From contig RDEW01000135.1 of assembly GCA_011109175.1 (NCBI GenBank), positions 1 to 49,190 on the forward strand: a DNA stretch of 49,190 bases, given 5' to 3'. The translations under genes were made by a program, and so were the position numbers. The notes beneath the pieces were generated by a model. The model saw only the letters and a program-made list of their open reading frames with translations. It did no database searches and was not told the origin of the DNA. Below are positions 48,872-49,190 of this stretch, piece after piece. The first letter of the stretch is position 1, and every line of letters starts with the position of its first letter. Origin of the DNA: Dicyema japonicum. Taxonomy: Eukaryota > Animalia > Dicyemida.

Positions 48872-49190
48872 AGAGTAATTAAGCGTGAAAAGGGTTGAAA
48901 ATAGAAGAGGTCAAAGGATCGGTCCCTTTTTCCTTAAAAAACCGTTTCATTTAAATTCGATAGATTCTGGCTTTTTCCGAATGGTTAGGTGATCCCAGTT
49001 CCCGCAACCAAACGTGCCATCCTAAACCTGTGCGTCTCCATTGTTCCCACTATCAAAACGGAGATGCCTTCTTTGATCCTTTCCGATTGGGAAGGTAATT
49101 TCTTAGCCAATCGATTTTCTTTCGTGTGGAACAGTGAAAGGCTTAGTGGGTGTCCATCTTCCTCACAACTGCAGAAAAATCCGGGACCTC

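Noticed and set aside
48960-49190. Minus-strand CSCEEDGH as an ORF1 zinc knuckle
   Set aside because: Incomplete motif at the window edge, so it cannot be supported.

Overview
AT-rich eukaryotic (metazoan-type) genomic DNA in the standard genetic code. Roughly half is decayed transposable elements. The host genes are mostly missed by the ORF track because they are split by very short (21-31 nt) GT-AG introns. I reconstructed five by hand: an MXD/MNT-like bHLH-Zip gene (3750-4918, -), LRGUK (8097-9955, -, four apparent frameshifts), a divergent actin lacking 7 residues of the D-loop (12321-13531, +), and two paralogous secreted tandem C-type-lectin-like genes (24985-26021 and 36960-37977, -). 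Mobile DNA comprises RTE-like LINEs, Ingi/Vingi-like LINEs, a CRE element, an R2-superfamily REL-endonuclease element resembling microsporidian retrotransposons, hAT remnants and a 47-bp minisatellite. The most striking hidden structure is a candidate HDV-like (double-pseudoknot) ribozyme fold at the 5' ends of three Vingi-like elements. It shows a compensatory base-pair change between copies and is followed in two copies by a 2A-like peptide motif. Tiny introns plus animal ciliary and transcription-factor genes suggest a dicyemid-like host (inference). All family assignments come from recalled motifs and manual alignment; no database search or folding program was run.
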